Shown here piece by piece: positions 1 through 8,571 of a stretch of 64,000 bases of DNA. Source of the stretch: Nitrospirota bacterium (GTDB lineage Bacteria; Nitrospirota; UBA9217); NCBI GenBank assembly GCA_020052615.1, contig JAGVOT010000128.1, forward strand, positions 72,250 through 136,249. Reading direction: 5' to 3'. The position numbers and the translations under genes were made by a program. Positions within the stretch are counted from its first letter, which is position 1. Each line of letters begins with the position of its first letter. The notes under the pieces were generated by a model. That model was not told the origin of the DNA. It made no database searches and saw only the letters and a program-made list of their open reading frames with translations.

Positions 1-1
1 T

Positions 2-235
2 GTGGACGCGGTCCTGCGCTTCGACAAGTCCTGCAAGCCTTACCTGGAACGATATAAGAACCGTAAGCAGAAGGTCCTCAGCGACGGCAGGATCGAGATG
101 AAGTTCCGGACGAACGGGACCAAGGGCTTAAAGCTCTGGCTGTACCGGTTCCTGCCGTGCGTAGAGGTGGTGAGCCCGAAGGACTTAAAAGAAGATATCC
201 GGAAGGAATTGAAGGCAGCTGCGGGGAAGATATAG
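2..235 (+). CDS. WYL-domain transcriptional regulator, C-terminal fragment (gene starts upstream of the window).
   Basis: Translation ...LKLWLYRFLPCVEVVSPKDLKEDIRKEL resembles the C-terminal (WCX-like) tail of WYL regulators. Compare the tail of the 33,896–34,891 WYL protein (...GPGVEVVSPDSLRKEV...). Confidence 0.45.
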   Translation: MDAVLRFDKSCKPYLERYKNRKQKVLSDGRIEMKFRTNGTKGLKLWLYRFLPCVEVVSPKDLKEDIRKELKAAAGKI

Positions 236-339
236 GGATGCATATTTTCGGGCCGGCACGAGAGATGAATAACCATGATAATACTTCTTGCCGCAATACA
301 CCATTTTAGGTATAATTCGTGTGTATGGAGGTGGCAGAT

Positions 340-552
340 ATGAGTGTACGAACGAACATCGTCATTGATGACGGCCTGGTCAACGAAGTGAAGGCCCTGA
401 CATCGCTCAAGACAAAAAAAGCTGTCGTCGACCTTGCACTCCAGGAGCTCCTGAAGCAGCTGCGGCGACGAAAGCTGCTCACCCTGAGGCGCAAGGGGCT
501 CTGGACGGGAGATCTGTCCCGCAGCAGAAGGGCGCGGCATGGTATTGATTGA
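340..552 (+). CDS. vapB: VapB-family type II antitoxin
   Basis: MSVRTNIVIDDGLVNEVKALTSLKTKKAVVDLALQELL... is typical of small antitoxins. A GGAGGTG RBS lies 7 nt upstream of the ATG at 340. The gene overlaps the downstream PIN gene by 14 nt. Confidence 0.7.
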   Translation: MSVRTNIVIDDGLVNEVKALTSLKTKKAVVDLALQELLKQLRRRKLLTLRRKGLWTGDLSRSRRARHGID

Positions 553-934
553 TACCAGCGCGTTCATCGAGTTTCTGAACCGCACGGGCGCCCGGGAAGA
601 CCTGATGATCGAGCGGTTGATCTCGAACAATGATGAGATCGCTATCCCCTCCGTTGCCCTGACCGAGATCCTCCAAGGCATCCGCAGCGACCACGAGCAT
701 GCCGAAATAAAAAAATCTCTCCTTACCTTCCCCTTGCTGTCGCTCCAGGATAATGAATCCTATTTGTCCGCCGCCGACCTCTATCGGAAGTGCAGGAAAC
801 GGGGGTTCACCGTCAGGAGCACCATTGACCTCTTCATCGCGCAGATCGCCATCGAACAGGGGGCTGAGCTGCTGCATCGCGATGGCGATTTCGACGCCAT
901 CGCCCGTGTTTCAGATCTCAAGATCTTTCACTAA
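539..934 (+). CDS. vapC: PIN-domain ribonuclease toxin VapC
   Basis: MVLIDTSAFIEFLNRTG... carries the acidic residues of a PIN domain. Translationally coupled to vapB. Confidence 0.85.
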   Translation: MVLIDTSAFIEFLNRTGAREDLMIERLISNNDEIAIPSVALTEILQGIRSDHEHAEIKKSLLTFPLLSLQDNESYLSAADLYRKCRKRGFTVRSTIDLFIAQIAIEQGAELLHRDGDFDAIARVSDLKIFH

Positions 935-937
935 CTC

Positions 938-2620
938 ATGCCCCTCTTCTACCCTCCCATAGATTTCGAAGCCGAGAAAGCAAGTGGTGACGAGATCAAC
1001 TATGCCGAGATCGCTGTACTCGAAGCGCTGGACAAAGGCCTCGACGACAAGTGGCACGTTTTTCACCGTCTCCACTGGCGCGAGGTGAGCCCGCAGGGCG
1101 AGAAGATGGGCGAAGCGGACGCCGTGATATTCCATCCTGTATATGGCATCCTGATCGTCGAGATCAAGGGCGGAGGCGTCCGGGCAAAGGACGGCGACTG
1201 GTTCCAGACCAATATCAGGACCGGTAAGGAGTATAAGCTCGACACTTCTCCCTTCGTGCAGGCCCGTTCCAGCCGCTTCCGCCTCTTCGACAAGCTCAAA
1301 AGGACCTCGCTCGGAGCAGGCTTTGAACCAAATACAGCCTTCACTTACACCGTCTGGTTCCCGGACATCACCTGGACCGAGGCTATTCCGGCGGATGCTC
1401 CGAACGGCGCATTTATTCTCGATTCCAAACACCTGAACAATCCGTCCCAGCACATCCGTAACATCCTGAAGCAATCCAACCCCCACGCGAAACCCTGGAC
1501 GGAGCGGGACACGAACATTCTCCTGCGGACCTTCGCTCCCGAGGTGAACCTGCTCGTCCCCCTCGGCGTAAACCTCGGCAGGATCCGTACCCGCATCTTT
1601 GCCATGACCGACAGCCAGCTCCGGGCGTACAAGGCCCTTCGGCAGCAGAAGCGGCTGCTCATAGAGGGCTGCGCCGGATCAGGAAAGACGCTTATCGCCG
1701 CATCCCTCGCCAGGGAACACCTGTCAGCTGGCAAGCGGGTGCTCTTCACTTGCTACAACAAGCGGCTCGCCCATGTGGTCGAGAATGACTTCGAGGGCAC
1801 ATCAGGCATCGACGTGGTGAACTTCCACGAGCTGGTTAAAAAGTACTGCGACGAGAGCGGAACCAAATACGCGGTACCCGATGGCAGGCAGGAGAAGGCC
1901 GACTTCTTCAAGAGTACCTGTGCAGAGCTTCTTCTGGACTGCTCGAGCAAATCTGATAAGCGCTATGACACGATCATTGTGGACGAAGCCTTCGATTTCC
2001 AGGAGACCTGGTGGACAGCGGTGGAATCACTAGGCGCGGAGGGATTTTCCTTCTACGTTTTCTTCGATCGAAACCAGGCGGTCTTCACAAACAGTACGTC
2101 GTGGAAGCCGCCCTTTGAAGCAGACCCTATCGTCCTGGAAACGAACGTTCGGAACACCCGACCTATCGGACGGTTCGCCGCAAAGCTCGGCAGGATAGCC
2201 GAAGCCCCTGATTACGGCGTGAACGAAGGCCCGGAGCCTGTGCTGCTGCCCTATAAGTCCGTCGACGAGATCCCCGAGATGCTGAAGAAGCTGCTCACAG
2301 AACTTACGGGCAAACAAAAGATCCTTCCGGGCAACATCGTCGTCCTGTCGCCGTACAAGCTGGACCACGAACGGCTGGGACTGGAGCAGTTCGTGAAGGA
2401 ACAGGAAAAACTGATCAGCACGGACCTGGAGGATGCGGAACAAGGAAAAGTCCGGATTGGGACGATTCAGTCATTTAAAGGATTGGAGGCGGATGTGGTG
2501 ATTCTCTGCGGCATCGACGGCCATCAGCCCGCCTGCAGCCCGACGAACCTCTATGTCGGCGCGACGAGGGCAAGATCGATGCTGTATGTGATGCATCAAG
2601 AGAAAACCCATATCCCTTAA
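938..2620 (+). CDS. NERD-domain protein fused to a UvrD-like superfamily-1 helicase
   Basis: N-terminal NERD-like region (AEIAVLEAL...GEADAVIFHPVYGILIVEIKGG). Walker A (CAGSGKTLIA) and Walker B (TIIVDEAFDF). C-terminal UvrD_C-like segment (IQSFKGLEADVVIL...YVGATRAR). Confidence 0.8.
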   Translation: MPLFYPPIDFEAEKASGDEINYAEIAVLEALDKGLDDKWHVFHRLHWREVSPQGEKMGEADAVIFHPVYGILIVEIKGGGVRAKDGDWFQTNIRTGKEYKLDTSPFVQARSSRFRLFDKLKRTSLGAGFEPNTAFTYTVWFPDITWTEAIPADAPNGAFILDSKHLNNPSQHIRNILKQSNPHAKPWTERDTNILLRTFAPEVNLLVPLGVNLGRIRTRIFAMTDSQLRAYKALRQQKRLLIEGCAGSGKTLIAASLAREHLSAGKRVLFTCYNKRLAHVVENDFEGTSGIDVVNFHELVKKYCDESGTKYAVPDGRQEKADFFKSTCAELLLDCSSKSDKRYDTIIVDEAFDFQETWWTAVESLGAEGFSFYVFFDRNQAVFTNSTSWKPPFEADPIVLETNVRNTRPIGRFAAKLGRIAEAPDYGVNEGPEPVLLPYKSVDEIPEMLKKLLTELTGKQKILPGNIVVLSPYKLDHERLGLEQFVKEQEKLISTDLEDAEQGKVRIGTIQSFKGLEADVVILCGIDGHQPACSPTNLYVGATRARSMLYVMHQEKTHIP

Positions 2621-2966
2621 TCCCTTTTCATAAGCATCGATAGATGAGGAGATACCAACACTATGGACGTTGAACAGCTTTTTAGCGATTTGGATATTTC
2701 TTTCAACAAGATCAATATCCAATTGTCGGCTACATCACGTGATGCGTTTGAAATACAGTTTAAAGAAGTATTCAGTTCGTTTGATCACTTGTAGCACCTA
2801 CGAATCCGTAATTGCGTCGGGTATAAACAATTGAGAATTACCATGTGAAACTTGCTGACGCGCTCGTGAGCCGCGTAGCGGCGGACTCGACGCGCTTGTT
2901 GATCGACAGTCATTTTTTGAGGAAAGTCCAAGCACCCAAGGTCTCGCTTTTATCACTATGCCGCGC

Positions 2967-3806
2967 TCAAATATAGCCGGCTACATATCGTTCGAAGCTC
3001 ATCCAATTAGGCGTTTGAGGTTTAGCCGGTAAGAAAGGAATTAATTTCGAATTGAGAATTCTACTCCTGAGATTGTGTTCCTCAAATCCAATAATCACTC
3101 TCATCGTATAAGTTTCATCCACTTGAATCCACTGCTCAAACCAACAGACGACGCCGACTGGCCTTTCCGCTTTCTCTACAATAACCTGTGCAGTACTTCT
3201 TAATTCACCTTCATGTTCTGCCCAATTGTCTGGAATTTTTATTAATATTATCGCCGGCCAATTTAGTGGCAATTGTTGCTTAGCCTTATGAAGGGAATTG
3301 GCAAATGAGGCTGTGGAGAACGCGGTAGTTTCGATCTTACACTTGATTTCGCAGAATAGTTCGTTTGAACCGTCGATGATGTGGATGTCGAAGTCTGCTC
3401 TCTTTTTTAGACTTCTTGTTACATACTTAAATGACAGCCCCCTATGCAAAAGAAATCTTCCACTTTCTATTTCAGCAATTACTGAATCCACATTCGCATC
3501 ATTCTTTAATCTTTCAAGAACATTTTGGAATCCTGCTATTTTACTCAAATTATAAAGACCTTCAGCTATGGTCAGTATTCTATTCTGAAGCTTCAATTCA
3601 TTCAACGAATTAGGCGAATCAGCAGTAAGGAAGGACAGATTCTTTTCAGTCAAGAGGCGTGTGCCCATCCATTCTCTGCCGTATAACTCAGAAAGTAAGG
3701 CACCTGACATTCCAAGCGCAATAAACTTCGGGTCATTATTTCCCAATTCCAATGACTTCCTATATAAATTAGATAGTGGGATGTTTTTCAACTTATTATG
3801 AAGCAT
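2967..3806 (-). CDS. Hypothetical protein with a possible PD-(D/E)XK-like motif; terminal gene of the AT-rich cyclase cassette.
   Basis: Long ORF in AT-rich DNA. Segment ...DFDIHIIDGSNELFCEIKCKIE... fits a D-x(n)-E-x-K restriction-endonuclease-like motif. No other recognisable domain. Confidence 0.4.
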   Translation of the reverse strand: MLHNKLKNIPLSNLYRKSLELGNNDPKFIALGMSGALLSELYGREWMGTRLLTEKNLSFLTADSPNSLNELKLQNRILTIAEGLYNLSKIAGFQNVLERLKNDANVDSVIAEIESGRFLLHRGLSFKYVTRSLKKRADFDIHIIDGSNELFCEIKCKIETTAFSTASFANSLHKAKQQLPLNWPAIILIKIPDNWAEHEGELRSTAQVIVEKAERPVGVVCWFEQWIQVDETYTMRVIIGFEEHNLRSRILNSKLIPFLPAKPQTPNWMSFERYVAGYI

Positions 3807-3965
3807 TTCTTCTTACTTTCTCCCAGAAGCTACTATTCCCGCGGCAACTAGACGCAGAATTATTGACGGAATACTTTAGCACAAAAATGCACTTTCTTCA
3901 CGAGGGTGCATTGGCGCCAACGAAGGAATTGCTGCGCGGAAAGTCTTTATCTAAAGAAGGCGAGA

Positions 3966-4268
3966 TTAAAGCGTTATGTCTTCAAGCGACCGAAGCTCTA
4001 CGCCTTCTAATATCGTAAGGCGCTTATGCATCATATCCAGCAATACCCTGATTTTATCATCAATCTGCTTTTCAGTAAGAGGGTTCTGTTGAGTGCTGTA
4101 AAGCTCGATCATTCTTTTTTGACAAAATTCGCGCATCTGTTTTGAATCTTCGTTCATCGGGAGGACCTCCTTTTTAAGACGTTTAGTTCCTGAAATAGGA
4201 CTCATTGTAATTATTGGGGCGCTTGCTTCGAGTCCGTCCTTACTCACTAATCTTTGTAGTCTCTTCAA
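3966..4268 (-). CDS. Hypothetical small helical protein. Overlaps the upstream ORF by 29 nt in another frame, so it may be the 3' part of a frameshifted gene.
   Basis: 100-aa ORF. Its 29-nt frame-shifted overlap with 4240..4542 is the only structural clue. Confidence 0.3.
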   Translation of the reverse strand: MKRLQRLVSKDGLEASAPIITMSPISGTKRLKKEVLPMNEDSKQMREFCQKRMIELYSTQQNPLTEKQIDDKIRVLLDMMHKRLTILEGVELRSLEDITL

Positions 4269-4542
4269 TGACCTTAGTGATTTCTCCCTCAGAAATATGA
4301 ACCTCTCTCCTGTTTATGCATATCTGACGGGAGCGGTGATGCTTGAGTTTATCATAAAGCCACGCCGCAACAAGACTAGAAGGAATGCCAGTTGCAACTC
4401 CAATAACGATGGACACGGCGATGTCGGTTCCAAAATCTTTTCTGATGATGATATCTGGCACTGTAAGTGAAATACCTGGAGGAACTTCGTTCTTCAGCAG
4501 AAGCGCATCTTTTTGGTTAGAAAAGGTCATTTCAAAATTCAT
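4240..4542 (-). CDS. Small protein with one predicted transmembrane helix.
   Basis: Hydrophobic stretch IAVSIVIGVATGIPSSLVAAWLY. Lies directly downstream of the cyclase-like gene on the same strand. Confidence 0.4.
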   Translation of the reverse strand: MNFEMTFSNQKDALLLKNEVPPGISLTVPDIIIRKDFGTDIAVSIVIGVATGIPSSLVAAWLYDKLKHHRSRQICINRREVHISEGEITKVIEETTKISE

Positions 4543-4616
4543 GAGGAATATTCTCCATTTTTAGATACAACGCCGCCTAAAGGTACGTGCTTGTTGGTAT
4601 TGTTGATAGATGACAT

Positions 4617-5354
4617 TCATCGCTTTGTGCTCTTGATAAAATTATAGAAGGCGATAGTGTTTCTGATTTTATTTCTGATTTTTCTTTCTTTGCACAAGCC
4701 ATGCGTTTGAGGTTTTTTCAAAAAGCTTTTCTCTATTAAAAAATTCAAATCAATATCCTGTGGGTTTTGGATTGCATGATCAGCCCAATTATACGCATAG
4801 ACCTCCTTCACAGTTCTATTCTTGAAAGGTATGGCGTATCGTGCAATAATTTTGTCTTTTTCGCATCTCAATTTTTCTTCATCACTGATTTTTTCAAAAC
4901 ATACGTCTGAAATCCAGCACCCGATCCAATCTTGTGCTTTTTCTTTTTCGAAAGCTTCTAAAAGTGGTTTTCCGGTAAGCATATCTTCGCAGGCGTAAAA
5001 TTCACCGCATGTGACTGTACCTCTGATTGGTAAGGCAAAGCAAATAGCAGCTTCAAACATACCGCGACAGGCATGCATAATTGTCTGGAAGCCTGTATCG
5101 GAGATTTCGTTTGTATAAATCAAAAAAGTATCAGCATAACTAAGTATTTTTATAATATCCTTTTGTAATGCATAATTCAATTGACTTTCAACATTTGTTG
5201 TAATCATGCGTTTCATATTCTTTTGGTCTATAGCAATTTTTTCAACGGTATTTACTTTGATCCAATCACGATATCCAAGAATATCGAAAAGAGCTATAAA
5301 ACCATACGTCGTATTGATGTCTTTTGGAGTAAGATTTAAGAAATTACAATTCAT
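4617..5354 (-). CDS. Minimal class-III nucleotidyl cyclase-like protein (adenylyl/guanylyl cyclase fold, PycC-like size).
   Basis: Motif spacing matches the class-III cyclase core. FIALFDILGYRDW matches F-x-D-I-x-G-F-T. ADTFLIYT matches the GD-[FY] metal site. IRGTVTCGEFY matches the R-I-G-I-H-x-G loop. GKPLLEAFEKE...IGCWISD matches the G-x-x-V-N-x-A-x-R-L-E ... I-x-V-S region. 245 aa. Confidence 0.5.
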   Translation of the reverse strand: MNCNFLNLTPKDINTTYGFIALFDILGYRDWIKVNTVEKIAIDQKNMKRMITTNVESQLNYALQKDIIKILSYADTFLIYTNEISDTGFQTIMHACRGMFEAAICFALPIRGTVTCGEFYACEDMLTGKPLLEAFEKEKAQDWIGCWISDVCFEKISDEEKLRCEKDKIIARYAIPFKNRTVKEVYAYNWADHAIQNPQDIDLNFLIEKSFLKKPQTHGLCKERKIRNKIRNTIAFYNFIKSTKR

Positions 5355-5434
5355 GGCAAATCCTCAAGAAAAACATGTTAAGGGGGACGTCAATAATACA
5401 TCGTGCCTATCTTATTATTTACTTCTGATACAAT

Positions 5435-5640
5435 GGCGCGAATGAGCGGCTGGTCCCGTAGGGACCGTCCGTTTCGATTCGCTTTGCTGGGCCGCGCTCC
5501 GCGGCACAGCAGAATCGACCGCTCATTCGCGCCACTGGGTCGCCGTCCGCGAAGCGGCGGCCCAGCGCGCGGGTGTTGGGCGCGTTTCGCAGCGACTCAC
5601 ACGCATGTTGGATCCTTGCGTCCAGTTGCGTCGAGTTCCA
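5435..5640. repeat. GC-rich palindromic structured element (REP/BIME-like or structured RNA) inside AT-rich DNA.
   Basis: Perfect 15-bp inverted repeat: GGCGCGAATGAGCGG at 5435–5449 and CCGCTCATTCGCGCC at 5520–5534. Nested palindromes GGTCCCGTAGGGACC and GCCGCGCTCCGCGGC. A further ~100 bp of GC-rich sequence follows to ~5640. It sits between the SEC-C gene stop and the cyclase gene start. Confidence 0.5.
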
Positions 5641-5672
5641 TTTGATCTGCAAAACTATTTGCTCTAATTCAT

Positions 5673-7289
5673 TTATTTGCCCATAGCAGCATATACGGTT
5701 CGCTCGCAAAAAGTAATTGCCAGTTCCTGCTGCTCTAGTTCTTTTAGTCTATCAATGTCGTCGTGATTTTTCATGAAATCTAATAATTTTTCTTTTGTAG
5801 TATCTTTGTAGACTTTAAAAAAAAAGTCAAAAAGCTCTAAGTGTGTTTCTGCTTTCCCCCCTTGCTCTCTGTAAACACCAAAAAACGTATCAGGGTATTT
5901 TTGGTATGCGGCCAACTCATCCTTGGTCAACGGGCAAGTTGCGGTGATGGACCGCCCATCTTCCAGTCTGTAAACACCCAGTGCTTTATCCCATGCGACA
6001 GTTGCTTCAACAAGTTCTCCTACAATGTCCTTTCCGTCATTATCAGGATCAGGAATAAGATATCGTTTTCCAACTATTAATCTTGCCTCTGTTTTACCAA
6101 AAGCCATTTCGGGTGCTTCCCCGTCGAAAGTTGATGGAATCTCCGAATGTTCGCGATTAGATTTAATCAGGTGATACATTTCATAGTGATCTTTTCGAAT
6201 CCTCAGACCTTCTCGGATATCAGACGTTGATAGTCCATAGTTGAACTCCGGAATTTTATAACCTTCAACGAAACCAAATCCTAATATGTTGGTAGCCTCA
6301 AGATTAAATTGATAGGGAAAGTTGGTAAGGAAAACATAGGCTGCAGGCGCGGGATTCCCTTTAATGAGAAGTCTCTCTTCGAGCTCACGAAGATGGGCAG
6401 ATATTTGTCGGACAAAATCTTTTATTTCATCGTTATTAGCCCTTGGAGGGCTATTCAATTCAATAAACACAACTCTTGGATGGTCTGCCCGCTTTTTCAA
6501 TGCACGGTAAAGTTGATCAGCTATATTTAGGGACGGATCGCCACCTTTTCGGGCTTTTGCTTCTACAGAAAATTTATTTCCGGTTTCCTTGTATGTGGCT
6601 GTGAATTCACAATGCGATGTGCTACTATCTGTCTCATCCTCAAGCTCTAAGACGAATCCAGCTTTTATGAATGAAGCGGCGACAAATGTTTCATAATAGG
6701 CACCAAGGAACTGGTCCATATTTTTAAGTCTATGCACGAGGCTTTTTTGCAATTCTACATTGTGAGCGAGTAAGTATAGATTATAAGAAAGTCCGAGATA
6801 GGCGTCGAGCGCACCTGTGGTTGGTGCTGAATGTATTTCTTTTGACGTATTGAAATGCTCTTTTGTGTATCTGCTTACAAGTTCGGCCCATATAAGAATC
6901 GAGTGCCTTTTTTGTGGAGCTTTAGCCACTTCTCCTAGCCACCACTCTTGGCCAAAGCAGGTTTTTATGTAATCGAATAAGAAATCATGGAATGTTTTCC
7001 ACTTTTCCGACCAGCGGAGTTCATTGCCTACTGCAATATATCTTTGACCTTTAAATTTTTCTGAAATAATTGGTCTTCCAAGCCCTTGTTGTTTTTGTCG
7101 TTGAAATTCTAATGCCGCATGTTCAGCAATTTTATTTTGGATTGATTTTTCAAAAGCTAAGTTGCTGGGTATCATTTTTTGTCTTCCTGCCGCATCACCA
7201 TGACATTTTTTAACTTTTTTCCCACTACCACATGGGCAGGGGTCATTCCGTCTCAGTTTTGCCCTTCGGTTTTTTTTACTCATTAGCAA
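5673..7289 (-). CDS. SEC-C motif-containing protein with a large uncharacterised C-terminal region.
   Basis: N-terminus ...RRNDPCPCGSGKKVKKCHG is a SEC-C metal-binding motif. The remaining ~500 aa have no recognisable catalytic motif. Confidence 0.55.
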   Translation of the reverse strand: MLMSKKNRRAKLRRNDPCPCGSGKKVKKCHGDAAGRQKMIPSNLAFEKSIQNKIAEHAALEFQRQKQQGLGRPIISEKFKGQRYIAVGNELRWSEKWKTFHDFLFDYIKTCFGQEWWLGEVAKAPQKRHSILIWAELVSRYTKEHFNTSKEIHSAPTTGALDAYLGLSYNLYLLAHNVELQKSLVHRLKNMDQFLGAYYETFVAASFIKAGFVLELEDETDSSTSHCEFTATYKETGNKFSVEAKARKGGDPSLNIADQLYRALKKRADHPRVVFIELNSPPRANNDEIKDFVRQISAHLRELEERLLIKGNPAPAAYVFLTNFPYQFNLEATNILGFGFVEGYKIPEFNYGLSTSDIREGLRIRKDHYEMYHLIKSNREHSEIPSTFDGEAPEMAFGKTEARLIVGKRYLIPDPDNDGKDIVGELVEATVAWDKALGVYRLEDGRSITATCPLTKDELAAYQKYPDTFFGVYREQGGKAETHLELFDFFFKVYKDTTKEKLLDFMKNHDDIDRLKELEQQELAITFCERTVYAAMGK

Positions 7290-7404
7290 TTAACTTCCTG
7301 ATTTCGCCGCCGTGAGGGGCGCGTTTTTAGCGACCCTCTCGGCGTGGTTGAAATTATTGTGTCGTTTTTTATTCGCGCCTACCGAGCTGTCTATGTTGAG
7401 GTGC

Positions 7405-8061
7405 TTAAAGCCTGCGAAGTGATTGATCAATAGCTTTCATGACAACTGGCTTCAAGCGTGTATACAATGTTCTGACATCAGTAGCAGAAATAAGAACATC
7501 GCCTTTCTCAATCAAGGGGCGTGGATGCATATCCAGCAGCCGCTTCGTTGCTCTGCCGCTGTTGTGCGTAATACAGTTACGAATTTCCCGCGAGACAGAG
7601 ATAAAATTTGTAGTCCAAAGTTGATTAGCAACGGCTGGCCCATATGCGTCGTTCAGGTATTTCGTATAGTTTCTATCTGTCACACGAATACTCTTCCCGG
7701 TCACAGATGCAAGCAGTCGCACAAGAAGATTTTCGTAAGCATAGTAAATGGCGCAGAAGGAGCCTTCGGAAATTTTCCACAGCGATGCTTTAAATGCATT
7801 CAATTTGAGATATTCGTTCCATAAATCCTGCTTCGACTTTCCAATTATCGGTGTCGTGCTGTTAACCGCATCGTAGACCCCCGTTACATAAAGCCATGGC
7901 AATACAAATGAGCGCGAAGCTCCCCACCAATGCGCGGAAAAATCCTCTACTGGCTCCAATAACTCTGATTTTTCGACTGCGGCAAAAAGCTTAACGAACC
8001 ACTCTTTGTCGTGGAAGTCTGCGAAGCTAGATAAATCGCTTTCAATAAATATGGTTTTCAA
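7405..8061 (-). CDS. Hypothetical protein
   Basis: 218-aa ORF in AT-rich DNA, co-oriented with the cassette. No recognised motifs. Confidence 0.45.
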   Translation of the reverse strand: MKTIFIESDLSSFADFHDKEWFVKLFAAVEKSELLEPVEDFSAHWWGASRSFVLPWLYVTGVYDAVNSTTPIIGKSKQDLWNEYLKLNAFKASLWKISEGSFCAIYYAYENLLVRLLASVTGKSIRVTDRNYTKYLNDAYGPAVANQLWTTNFISVSREIRNCITHNSGRATKRLLDMHPRPLIEKGDVLISATDVRTLYTRLKPVVMKAIDQSLRRL

Positions 8062-8571
8062 TAAAAACCCCAGTTGTTAACGCGCTGGTGAAACGACGTT
8101 CTCTGAGCGACATTCTTGAAAAGCCAGATCAAAGTGCCGCAAGATATGACGCCATGTTAAGCAACATGCCAACTCCAAGAAGAAGCAGGCCACCTACGAA
8201 ATTACGGAATAGTCAAATTGAAAGGGAGTTGCAGCAATTCGTATAGCAGCAAATCGGAGTGAAATATACAGTATTGCGACAACTGGTAACTACAACAACT
8301 ACAGGAAGGACCATACACTCCATATTTCAGTCAGCATTCTTCAATTCTAGTGGATCTTGGTCCCCGTGGCGAACACCTACAAGAGTGCAGTCAGAAGCTA
8401 GCGATAATTCTGAAAATTACGAGATGAAATCTGGATTGAACACTAGCGTCACTCGCCGCTTTCAGCGAGTCGATGTGCACACGAATGTTAAGGATATCAA
8501 ATTTAAGATCAAATATTATGATTATGGTGTAGCAGGCTGTGTTCCATTTGTGATTTTCGTCCATGACTTCA

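Noticed and set aside
2471-2722. 83-aa minus-strand ORF overlapping the 3' end of the NERD-helicase gene
   Set aside because: It is antisense to a well-supported CDS.
2662-2793. 43-aa plus-strand ORF just downstream of the NERD-helicase gene
   Set aside because: It is too short with no motifs. It could be a real micro-ORF but the sequence alone gives no support.
5435-5640. Retron msr/msd ncRNA interpretation of the palindromic element
   Set aside because: No reverse-transcriptase gene is adjacent on either strand. The inverted repeats enclose only ~70 nt, unlike a1/a2-flanked msr-msd units.
5403-5709. 80–96-aa ORFs on both strands across the GC-rich palindromic element
   Set aside because: The ORFs exist only because the element is GC-rich and stop-poor. 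The translations are Arg/Pro/Ala-rich nonsense, and the region is better explained as a structured or repeat element.
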